DNA from: Candidatus Krumholzibacteriia bacterium
GTDB lineage: Bacteria > Krumholzibacteriota > Krumholzibacteriia > Krumholzibacteriales > Krumholzibacteriaceae
NCBI GenBank assembly: GCA_963836185.1
Contig: CAWIIQ010000001.1
Coordinates: forward strand, 448,001 to 512,000
DNA: 64,000 nucleotides
Direction: 5' to 3'
Shown: positions 10,501 to 22,600 of the stretch, piece after piece
Numbering within the stretch: the stretch's first letter is position 1
How the letters are laid out: each line of letters begins with the position of its first letter
Position numbers and translations under genes: made by a program
The notes under the pieces: generated by a model
Told to the model about the DNA's origin: nothing
Database searches by the model: none
The model's input: only the letters and a program-made list of their open reading frames with translations

Positions 10501-13500
10501 AAACCGCGCTGTCCGACTCTACGTACGAGTACAGCGTAACTGCTTATGATGCGACCAGCCTCGGATCAGGTGAATCCGCGGCAGCGTCAGACGAAGGCTT
10601 GAGGACGCTAAAAGCGCCGACGCTGGTCACCGCCACCGATGGCCAGTACGAGGACCGCATCGAGATCAGCTGGCGGGATAACTCGGACTGGGAGGACGGG
10701 TACTATATCTACCGTGATGGTGATCCCGAGCCGATCGGCACTGAGGCGGATAACTCCATATCGTTCATCGACTATTCGCCCGAATTCGGGATTCATCACG
10801 AATACAGCGTTGCCGCGTTTGACGCGATCGGGCCCTCGGAGGCGGCAGTGGACGAAGGCCATACGACACTCCTTGCACCGGTGTCGTTCAACGCCTCAGA
10901 CGTATACGAGGACCGCATCGAGATGACCTGGGTCGATCGATCCGAAAAGGAATCAGGTTTCGAGATATACAGAGGCTCAGAGCTGATAGCAACTCTGGAT
11001 GAACCTGATGCAACCTCATACAGTTACGCTCATATTGGAATCAACAGTTTCTTAGATTTAGATATGGACCTTGGTGTCGATGATGTAGCTGTCGCAGACG
11101 ACACCGCCTATGTTTTGTCGGATGGCACGCACCTCCTGATCATCGATAATCCGGCGAATCCGGAAAGTATCGGAGATTATCATGATGCAGATGGGCAGTT
11201 TAGGGCCGTAGCCGTCGCAGGCGACTACGCTTACTTGGTGGGCTACGATCGCCTGGATGTCATCAACATCAGCAATCCGGCGAATCCGACTCTTGAAGGA
11301 CATTTTGGTGTTGGAGGCAGAGACATCGCCGTCGCCGGCGATTATGCCTATGTTGCCAGCAGTAATGACGGTCTCCGGATCTTCTACATCCACGATCCGG
11401 CGAATCCGGATACGGTTTCAACGTATGACACTGATGATGCGATGGGCGTAGATATCTCGGGCAATTATGCTTACGTAGCGGATGGCTCTGCAGGCCTCAA
11501 GATCGTCGATGTCAGCGATCCGGCCAATCCGGCTGCGGCCGGGTCGTGCGATACGCCGGATATTGCCAAGGAAGTTTATGTTTCCGGCGACTACGCTTAC
11601 GTGGCGGATGAGAATGCAGGCCTCCAGATCATTGATGTAAGCGATCCGTTGAGCCCGACTCTTGCCGGATCATATAACACGCCGGGTATTGCTCAGGATG
11701 TTGCTGTTTCCGGAGACTACGCCTATGTGGCCGATGGGAATGGAGGAAACCTGCAGATAATCGATATCAGTGATCCTTCGAAGCCGTCCTTTGCCATATT
11801 TTATGACGTGGAAAGTCCCTCTGATGTGGCCGTTGCGGGAAACTATATCTACGCCACGAATTATAACGGGCTTTATATCGCCACAAAACCGTTGGTCACA
11901 ATGGGCGCCCCTTCCGAGTACTGCGTGCAGGCATACAATGGAGATGTCATCTCGGACGGTTCGTGCGACCAGGGGGCAATGCCTGTTGCCGTATCTGATG
12001 AAGTCACGACGGAGATTTTTCTTAAGCTCATCGGGGACGATGAACTGGCTATGAATGATTATTTCGGGTGCAGCGTGTCGATAAGCGGGGATTGGGCGAT
12101 CGTCGGTGCCTGGGGTGAAAATGATTACAGGGGAGCAGTGTATTTCTTCGAGCGGGATGCTGATGGCGAATGGTCGCGTAAACAGAGACTGGTCGGGACC
12201 AGTACAGCGGCCGGAACTCATTTTGGACGGTCTGTCTCAATAGACGGGGACAGAGCGATTGTCGGAGGGGATGCACATGAAAACGTATGGGCTGAGGATC
12301 AGGGGGCCGCGTGGATATTCGTGCGTGACGATGCCGGTGTCTGGAGCCAGGAGACATGGATATATGCCTCTGACCGTAGTGGAGCAGACGCGTTTGGATA
12401 TAGCGTGTCGATCAGCGGAGATCGCGTGATCGTCGGCGCTCCAAATGATGACAGTGATACGGGCTCCGCGTACATATGGGAGCGCGGTACCAGCGCATGG
12501 CCCGTGCTAGAGACCGCGAAGCTGACGGCAGAAGTAGATGGAGGTGACTTTGGATCTAGCGTATCCATCAGCGGGGATCGTGCGATTGTCGGGGCAGATA
12601 CCTCGGCCTACATCTTCGAGCGCGGCACGGGCGGATGGCCCGCAACAGAAACACAGAAAATCGAAAGCACCGGTGGAATATATACTACTTTCGGCAACAG
12701 CGTTTGCATCAGTGGGGACCGCGCATTTGTCGGAGATTTTAATGGTGGTGATGAACAACAGGGATCAGCATATTTCTTCGAGAGGGCCGACGGTGTCTGG
12801 ATAGAGAAACAGATGCTCATGGCGAGCGGAGGATCCGCAGGGGAACGTTTTGGATGGAGTGTTTCAATGAGCGGGGACCGGATCATCATAGGGGCAGATA
12901 GAGCTCTCGGCGGTGCCAGTTGGCGTCAGGGGGCGTCATATATCTTCGAGTATGACGGACAGGTATGGACTCAGGTACAGAAACTCGTTGCTGGCGACGG
13001 ATCGGACTCTGATCAGCTCGGGGGCAGTGTTTCCATAGACGGGGATTATGCCATCATGGGCGTTACCGAATCTGCGAATGCGGCGTACATTGCTGAACTG
13101 GCATTTGCTCCAGGTAATGTTGTCGCATCCGACGGGACGCTTAACAGCAGGGTCCGTATAACATGGGTCGACCGCGCGGTCAATGAACGGGGATTCCGCA
13201 TCTATCGCGACGGAGAGCCGATCAGTACCGTGAATGAGAATGTCCAGGGATACGAGGATTATGACGCGGAACCGGGACGGACATACGAATATGGTGTAGC
13301 GGCGTTGACCAATGACGTTTCGGCCGAGGTTGAACAGATAAAGGACTTCGGCTGGCGGCCCGCGAATGGAAATATCGCAGGGCGCATCTCGACCATCGAA
13401 GGAGCGGCTTCCGACAGTGTCTGGGTCGAAGTCACGCCTCTGGCGACAGATGTTGAGTCGCAGCAGACAAAGGCACTTCTCTTCGACGGCAACGGCGGAT

Positions 13501-16500
13501 CTGTCAGCGTCTCGGATGCCGCCGGCACATTCAGCTTCAGACGTAATGCGAGCTATACCATCGAGGCATGGGTCAAATACATGGGTGACGGGGGCTCGGG
13601 GGCAGGGGCCGGGACGATGATCGCAAAATCATCCCCGGAGAGCGGCGCAGGCAGCTTCCCGTTCTCTCTGAGCAATATGCGGCCGGACAGCCCCGGCCAG
13701 CTCCGATTCGCGATCGGCGATGACGGCACCCCCGTGGAAGTGCTGAGTGACGGTACAGAGTTCAATGACAACAAGTGGCACCACGTGGCCTGTGTGCATG
13801 ATCCCGACCAGATGGAGATCAGGCTTTACGTCGATTCATTGCCTCAGGGATCGACTACATACAGCAGCCTGGGTGATATCACAAATGATGAACCCGTTAC
13901 GCTTGGCGCAGGTCCCGAGGCAGGCTCATGGTTTGGCGGCCAGCTCGACGAGATTCGCATCTGGAACGTCGTGCGGGCGGATTCCGCTATTCTGGCGATG
14001 ATGTTAAAGCCTCTCGATGGCGATGAAGAGGGCCTGGTCGCCTACTGGCCGCTCGATGACGTAAGCAATGGCATTATTACCGATATGACAGAAAGCGCGC
14101 ACTACGGAACATTCGAAGGGGGCGTTTACTTCACCGGCGACTGCGCGCAGCTCGACATACATCCCGTGACAGACATCGAGGGCAATTTTGTGCTGAACGG
14201 GCTTTATTATGGCACTGAGGGAGAGTTCGAGGTGCGTCCGTTCGACGGTAACCGCCAGTTCGATCCTCCGGTCCAACGAGTGGTCCTCACCAGCGAATCT
14301 CCGGTCGAGAACCAGGTAATCTTCTCGGATATATCGTCGTACACCATATCCGGAACCATCAGGTACGCAGATACCGACTGCCCGGCAGTGGAAATCTCTG
14401 TCATGGTAGATGGTCTTTCTGGTGGCTCTACCGACAAGAACGGAAAGTTCGCCGTAGCGGTCGACCAGGGTGAGCATTCGATCCGCCCGGAAGCCGATGG
14501 CCACACTTTCGAACCAGACAGTCTCATCATTACTGTCGATAATGACGTCGCTGTGAACGATCCTGTAAGCGGAGTCGCGTTCAACGACCTTACGACACGC
14601 ACGCTCTCGGGCCGTCTCGGAGGCGGGTGCGGAAATAACGTAGGCAATATAACCATCTCTATTCGGAGCGAGAACAACTGCTTCCAGAGGACGTGGGAGT
14701 TCAGCGCCGGCGATACCGCTTACAGCAGGGATCTTCCTCCGCAGAACTACCTCGTATCGGCCTCGGTGGCTTCAATCGAGCCTGGCCTGAACGAGATCGA
14801 TGTTCTGGAGTTCTTCCAGAACCTAGGGGTGCGCCTGGCCGAGATGGACACAACGGATGTCGAGATGGACTTCGTATACAGGGCGCCTCTTGTCGTGACG
14901 GTCGAGGGATTCGACGCGCCGCCTTGTCAGCAGCTCAGCATTGACGGCGTACAGCTGCCTGAGGGTCTGCCTGTAATCGAGCAGTTCGAGTATGTCACGC
15001 TTCGAATCACTGTCGGTGAGGACTATGGCACTAGCACTCCATGTAAGCTTGATACGGGAACGGTGACGATATACGACGAGATTTCCGACCAGGAGAACAC
15101 TCCGATCTCCATCCCTATCGTAGACGGGGTGGCGGAATATACGACAATCGGCTCGACACCTAGTCTCCTCGTCGGGCGGGTGGATGGCGACGGGAACAAC
15201 AGGTCGTACCAGAAGGCGATTACTTTCTACGCGTCGGCAGAAGGGATAGAGGCCGACCCGGTTACCGAGTGGGTGCTCGTCACCGGGCATGTGGCGCAGG
15301 AGGGGGCACCATTTGTCACCCTTGCCGGCTCGGTAGAGCCGAAATACATACTACGCGATCCTCCGGGAGATAATTCATACGCATATCTCAAGGAAGGATA
15401 CAAATCCTGTGTGGTTGAAGATTTCAATATGGATACATGGACTAAAGGAAACGGACTAGCGCTCGATTTAAAGTGGGGGGTTCATAAGGGATTCATACTT
15501 GGAATGTTGACCGCTATATTCGAAGAAGTCAAGGTCAAGAAAACGAATAGTTTCAAATTGTCAGCCGTGAGGACATCGAGCACCGACAGCAAGACGGAAG
15601 TCTGCTTCTCCTTTGACGAGATGTTCAAAACCGCTTCGAGCGATCTCTTCACAGGTGAGCAAGGCGATGTATTCATCGGCGCGGGGACAAACTACATCCT
15701 GGCCAAGGTCAGAGTTATCGATATAGAGGGATGTTCTGTTACGGATAATCTATCCTTAGGCGTCGAGCCGGAGGGATTCCATACTACCTTCGCATACACT
15801 GAGCAGTATATCGCTGACGTGCTTATCCCCGAGCTCGATGCGACCGTGGCGAATTATATATCCAAAGGAGAGGCGGATTCCGCGGTTCTATATCAGGTCG
15901 CAAGAGAAGACTGGCAGGCGATGTTAGAGCTGAATACCGAGCTGAAGGCATCCTCGCAGCTCAGCGAGAACCGCTCATTCAGCGCCGGGGCGGATTATGA
16001 GTATTCGTATTCGGAAGTGACGACCGAGTCGTACGTAAAGAAGATGACGCTTATGACTAGTGATGACACGAGCAAAGGACTCCTGGCAGAGATTCTCGGT
16101 AACGATAACACGCTTACGGTCTCGAAATCGAACAGCTTCTCGGACGTAACCGATCTGACGGATACGACGGGAACAGAGACGCAGACTGTCGGGTATGTCC
16201 TGAGCGACGATGATATCGGCGATAACTTCACAGTCGATGTCAAGAACGACGGGACATATCCATCGCCCGTATTCGATGTGCTGGCCGGCGTGAGCTCGTG
16301 CCCGTGGGAGCCGTGGCCGGATACGAGCGGGGACGCGAGGATGGTGCCGCGCGATTCGTCCGTGGTGGAGATGACGATAAGGACGCTGGACAACGTTCCG
16401 GCCGATGAGCCTGCCGTATTCCATCTCGAGTTGAACAACTACAGCCAGAGCAGCGAGATCAGGGAGTACCACCTCAGGCTTCTGTCCACTTCGAATCCTT

Positions 16501-19432
16501 ACGGAGCGATGGTGAAGGTCAACGGCGCCTTGTTGAACGGCCCACAGTCTTTCTTCCTCGAGCCTGCTCTGGACGGCGCCGCTCCGTTGCCGCTGACCCT
16601 GACTGTCGATCGGGGACCAGAAAGCTACACTTATGACGGCCTCAAGGTTATCATGTATCCGCCGTGCGAGTACGCCAACTGGGAGAACGGTGGTGTGCTG
16701 CAGAAAGCGGACACCGTGACGTTCAATGCCCATTTCCAGGCGCCGTGCAGCGAGATCACGCTGTATGAACCGAAGGATGCCTGGGTATACGACAAGGCGA
16801 TGCAGCAGACAACCCCGGACCCGACACCCCTTCCAATAAAATTGACCGGTTACGACAGGGATCTCGGTGTTTTAGGTGATAACATAAGTATCGAATACAT
16901 CGGAGCGAGCTGTCGTCGCCTGGGATCGGGAGACGAGGCTCCTGGAGACTGGGAGATCTGCGGCGCGGAGATATATTATGCCGATCTGGATGTGGAATAT
17001 GTGACGATAGACTGGCTGCCACCGGAGGCGCTCGAGGACGGTGTCTATGAGATCAGGGCGTTTACGCATTGCTCCGAGGGGGAAGGGTTCTCCCAGAGCG
17101 CCATCGGTACAATCGACAGGCACTCGCCTGTTGTGTTCGGGACGCCCCAGCCGGCCGACGGTGTGCTCTCGTTCGGCGAGAATATCAGCATCACGTTCAA
17201 CGAGGCTGTAGATTCACTGTCGATAGATGAGGGGGACATTTCACTGACGTATCTAGACTGGCCGGATCCCCCAGGCCCGGCGATAACATTCGACGCGGTC
17301 TGTAACGGCAGCACGATAGTGATAACGCCGACATCTGCCTCAGGCGACCTCGAGGGAAGGCGGATCGAAGCAAGCGTCAGCGGCATCACAGACCGTATCG
17401 GCAATCCGCTCGAGGCAGCCGTGGTCTGGGAGTTCGACTATCGCAAGAGTCAGTTCGCCTGGAGTGACGCCGACATAGTTGCCGAGGGAGCTCTCGGTAA
17501 CCCGGGCAAACTGATGGCTGAGATGGTAAATGGAACAGGCGAGGCTGTGACCTTCTCGTTCACCCATGATCTGACATTGATCGCGGAGATAATCCCCTCG
17601 ACTGGAACGATACTGCCGGGCGAGACAAAACTGGTAGAACTGGTCGTCAATACAGAGATCAGCGAGGGTCCCCATCACGGTGAAGTGAGAGCGGAAGCGA
17701 CTGATGGCAGCAACGTCAGCGTCGCTATCCTCACCGTCGACTTGAATATCGGGTGCCAGCCTCCAGACTGGACCGTCGAGCCGTCGGGATTCGAATACTC
17801 TATGCCGGTGGTAGCTGAGCTTGTAATCGAGGGTACGCCTTCCACCAGCAGGAGCGACATGGTGGCGGCGTACGTCGGCGGAGAGCTCAGGGGAGTCGGG
17901 AGTGTAGACAGTGTCCATGTGTTCGATACCGATACCGGCTACGATTACTCATGGCTCGTCTTTATGACCGTATACAGCAACCGTCCATCCGGCGAGACCA
18001 TCAGATACAGGATCTGGGATGGCAGCGAATGCACGTTATACAGTTCGGTTGACTCGAACTCATCAGTTCGATGCGAGGGGACAGGTAGGGAACGCCAGAT
18101 GATCCTGCCACGCTCACGACTACTACAGGTACGACAGGGACCGAGACGTTGACTATAGAGGTATCAGAGGGGTGGAACTGGATATCGACGAACATCTCGA
18201 CGCCGGATATGAGCGTTACGCATATCACCGGTGACCTGAACCTCTCCGACGGCGACGTGATCAAGTCACAGTCGGCATTCAGCCAGTTCATTGAGAACAT
18301 GTATCCCGATAGTTTCAAATGGGTGCCTTCGTTCGACCTCGATAATGAATCAGGATACCTGATCAACCTTTCCCAGGCAGGAACTGTCATCCATACCGGT
18401 GATACGGTGGATGTGGCCACTTCGATCCCGGTAACGACGGGATGGAACTGGATCGGATATATACCGACGGCCGGGATGGATGTAGGCGAGGCGCTTGCCG
18501 ACCTCGGCCCAGGCGTGGGCAACCAGGACCTCCTGACAGACGACGACATTCTCAAGGGTCAGGATGGGTTCGCGCAGTACCTGGACGGTGAATGGTACGG
18601 TACTCTCTCGGAGATGGAGCCCGGGCGCGGATACAAGCTGTCGCTTGCGAACGCGGGCGTGACAGGATTCAACTACCCGGCGCCATCCGGATCACCGCCA
18701 GTGGCAGTCGCTGCAGCGGAGGCGGGAGTGGAAGCGCCTGAGTCAGAGGCTTCGGTAGAGGGCGAGCAGGTTACTGCCGCGCCCGACTGGTCGGTCAACC
18801 CTTACGCCTACCAGTTCAACATGACGATGACCGCCGTGCTGCGGGTCGACGGGCTCGAGTCCGTCGATGGCAGGGACATCATCGCAGCGTTCGTTGACGG
18901 CGAGTGCCGAGGCGTTGCCAGGCCGGAGTATATTGGTGGCCTGAGGCGGTACGAGGCCTTCATGATGATACACAGCAACGAGGCGGAGGGTGAGACGGTC
19001 GAGTTCCAGGTCTTCGATGCCGATGCCGGTGTGATCTGTGTTGTCACAGAGCAGGTCGACTGGCAGGCCGACGCGGTAGTCGGTACAGTCACCCAGCCGT
19101 TCGTCCTCAGCGCCATATCGGGCGAGGAAGAGGAAGACGGCGGTGTGCCGAAAGCTTACTCGCTCGGTCAGAACGTCCCGAACCCGTTCAATCCGTCGAC
19201 GACGGTCTACTACGATGTGCCGTCAGGGGGCGGGAACGTGTCGCTGCGTGTTTACGATGTCTCGGGGCGCCTGGTCAGGACACTGGTCGACGGGCACGAG
19301 ACAGAGGGCAGCAAGTCTGTCACATGGGACGGCACGGGTGACCGGGGCCAGAGCGCGGCGAGCGGTATCTACTTCTACCGGATGTCGGCGCCCGGGTTCA
19401 CCGAGACGAAGAAGATGGTGCTTCTGAGGTAA
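7506..19432 (+). CDS. Giant secreted multidomain protein 1 (about 3,970 aa reconstructed; partial FG-GAP, FN3 array, two LVIVD propellers, FG-GAP propeller, LamG, twin beta-hairpin module, Ig domains, CTD), split by apparent frameshifts
   Basis: ORF pieces 7506-8042, 7888-9420, 9411-18152 and 18149-19432 are collinear with the intact paralog 19683-29918. Frame changes near 7965, 9415, 18060 and 18090. Signal peptide at the start, PNPFNP CTD at the end. Confidence 0.8.
9591..10445 (+). repeat. LVIVD repeat block 1 (7 units of about 42 aa / 126 bp; predicted 7-blade propeller)
   Basis: Units 'GSYDTPGxAxGVAISGDYAYVADxxxGLxVIDISDP'; near-identical DNA such as gatagacatcagcga recurs. Confidence 0.9.
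11040..11885 (+). repeat. LVIVD repeat block 2 (7 more divergent units)
   Basis: Units 'DVAVSGDYAYVADxxxGLQIIDVSDP'. Confidence 0.85.
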
Positions 19433-19436
19433 ATAG
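19414..19436 (+). repeat. 23-bp direct repeat, copy 1 (3' end of giant protein 1)
   Basis: GATGGTGCTTCTGAGGTAAATAG, identical to 34208-34230. Confidence 0.9.
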
Positions 19437-19461
19437 CGCCTAAAAATAAGGTGTAAAGTAC

Positions 19462-19491
19462 AGGGGACGGTCTTTTTGACCGTCCCTTTTT
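19462..19491 (+). terminator. Rho-independent terminator
   Basis: GGGGACGGTC-ttttt-GACCGTCCCT followed by a T run; homologous to the 7157 terminator. Confidence 0.85.
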
Positions 19492-19527
19492 ATAATAGGT
19501 CTTAATTTGTTAAACTATATTTAATTG

Positions 19528-19557
19528 TTGACGCTATAAAGTTTAATCTGCTAAAGT
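19528..19557 (+). promoter_or_regulatory. Putative sigma70 promoter of giant protein 2
   Basis: TTGACG-18 nt-TAAAGT with extended -10 TG, in an AT-rich context. Confidence 0.55.
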
Positions 19558-19682
19558 AAATCTTCGATAGCGGCATCTAATACAACAGAATGACAATTCG
19601 CCCGGGTCTCGCAGCCGGGGTGATTTAAACTAAGTAAAAGAATGAATCAGATTCCATGAACCCATCCTGACGGGAGTGTGTC

Positions 19683-22600
19683 ATGTCTGTGCTTTTTCCC
19701 CTGTTACCTGGTCATATTAAATGCTATGCGGCCTCCTTGATCGGAGGCCGTTTTTCTTCCACTGGTGAAGGCAGAAATGTACCTAAGAGGATAATCGCAG
19801 CAGCTGCATTACTGTTGATTGCCAGTCTGTGTGTGGTACAGCCGGCCAGCTCCCAGAATATCAACGGAACGTCGCCTGACAAGGGTACGCGTTTTCAGTA
19901 CTCGGTGAGGACCGATGGTGATTTCGCGGTTGTCGGGGCGCAGTGGCACGACGGATTCAAGGGGGCCGCCTATGTATTGAGGCGTGAAGGCGGGGAATGG
20001 GTCGTGGAGCAGAAACTTTCGCCCGGCGATCTGGGCAGGTACGACCACTTCGGCTCCTCATTGGCCATAAGCGGCGACTTTATCGTCGTGGGAGCTTCAT
20101 GGCACGACATGCTTCGCGGCGCCGTCTATGTCTTCAGACGGGTGGACGGTGAATGGATAGAGCAGCAGAAGCTCACCGCAGCCGGCGCCGCTCCTGAAGA
20201 AAGGTTCGGCGAAACCGTGAGCATCGATGGAGACGTTCTGAACATCGTTTCCGCGGAGGGATCGGGCAGCAGTTTTACACGTAGCGGGGACAGGTGGGAG
20301 GAGAGTGGGAACGCCGCGGAGCCCGTCATGAGCGACGGCGCGCGGCAGACTGACAGGTCCCCGCAGGATGATGCAGTGATAAGCAGCCTTGTTGATTCAG
20401 GATTGCCGGCCATGGATTCGGAACCGCCGCCGCTGCCGGCGGCGCCCGAGCCCGTAGGGACAGTTACCGTCACAGATGGAACACTGGAGGGCCGTGTCGA
20501 GGTGAGGTGGGAGAGCGCAGGCCTGGACGACATCGTCTACAAGGTGCTTCGCGACGGCCAGCTCCTGTCTATCGTCGCCAGCGACAGGGAACTCTATATC
20601 GATACCACGAGCGACCTCAACACGGTCTATTCGTATTGTGTCGTCGTCAAGGACATGGCGGACGAGGAGAGTACCCCTGTATGCGACGACGGGCACCGGA
20701 TCATATTTCCCCCGACGACTGTCGCCGCCACAGACGGCGAGTTCACCGACAGGACCACTGTAAGCTGGGTCGATATCTCGAAGATCGAGGAGGGATACTA
20801 TGTCTACCGTGACGGCGAGAAGATCGACAGCACGGAAGCAGGCGGTTCGTGGATATACGATACGACGGGAATACCCGGCAGCGTGTACGACTACGAGGTA
20901 AGGGCTTTTACCGAGGGCGCGCAGTCCGCGGGCGTCACCGATACAGGCTGGCGCGGTTCGGTGCTTCCCCCGCTCGACGTTTCGGCAACCGACGGCGAGT
21001 ACATCGACCGTGTCGCGATAACGTGGACCGACCAGGCGGATGATGAGACAGGATACCGTATCTACCGGGACAGCGTGCTGTTCGACTCTACTGGCGTAGG
21101 GGATACATTGCTTGTTGTGGACTCGACGGTCGTGTTCGGCACGACCCACGAATACTGCGTCGCTACCATCGGGGCGGGGTATATCGAATCGGTCCATGTT
21201 TGCGACGAGGGCGGTACGGGACTCACTCCGCCCGGGAACGTCAGTGCCAGTGATTCAACCTATGACGACAGGATCCGCATCACCTGGGACGACCTCGACC
21301 TGAACGAGGACGGCTATGAAATCACGCGCGCGCTGGGACCGGACACCACCGTGCTTGATACGACCCGTGCCAGCGTCGAGACCTACGATGACTACACGGC
21401 AATACCGGATACTACATATACGTACTTCGTCCGCGCTGTGAGCGATCTGGGCGGTGTTTCAACTGTTGTATCTGACGAAGGGTTCATGAGCATCGTCCTC
21501 GCCCCGGTGAACGTAGAAGCGACCGATGGTGAATTCGAGGACCACGTGGACATCACGTGGGAAAGCAGCTCGAAGACCGCCGTACTGTTCAAGATCTACC
21601 GTGGCAGCCTGTTCATCAAGTCCCTGAGTGTCGGCAACTCGACCTACAGCGACTACGGCGGCACAGCCGGCCAGGTGTACGACTATTCGGTAGTTGCTGC
21701 TACCGCTCTCGAGGCGGAAGCGGCCGGTATGCCTGATGCCGGAAGCAGGGAGCTGGGCGTTCCGTCTTCCGTCACGGTGAGCGACGAGGAGTACGAGGAC
21801 AGGATCGTCATATCCTGGACGGACAATTCCGACCTCGAGCACGGGTACGCTGTTACGCGCCGGGACACGAGTGCGGCGGTTGACGATACTATGTTCGTAA
21901 TAGGCCCCAACCGGACCTCGATGACCGACTACAACGCGATTCCCGGCATCACCTACGACTACAGCGTTTCGGCCTTCGACAGCGTCAGCGGAGAGATCGG
22001 CTACTCGGATCCCGTTGGGGACCTCGGACTGCGAGTACTGCTCGCTCCGACGAACGTCCGGGCCGGCGACGCAGAGTACGAGAGCAAGGTCGAGATATTC
22101 TGGGAGGACAATTCCGGCGCCGAGGACGGATACCGGATATACAGGGACGACGTGCTGATCGGAGAGACGGCAGACAACTTTAATAGCTATATCGACACCT
22201 CGCCCGATCTGGGCGTAGTCCACGAGTACAGCATCGCCGCCTACGACAGCGTTTATCCATCCGCAATGGGTGAGTCGGAGAAGGATTTCGACACAGGCTC
22301 AACGACTATCCTGGCGCCGGTCTCGTTCAACGCTTCCGATGTCTACGAGGACCGGATCGAGCTGGCATGGGTTGACGTGTCCGGCGTGGAAACGGGATTT
22401 GTGATATTGAGAGACGAAGGCCCATCGACAGAGCCGGATTCCATTGCTGTTACCGGATCGAATGTCACCGCGTACACGGATTATCCCCCGGAACAGGGAG
22501 TCACATACCGCTACTGTATAAAGTCTGTGAGGGACTCTTCAATGTCCTCTGATGAGATATGTGATGAAGGATCGCTTGCAGCTCCGATTCCCGCTACGTC

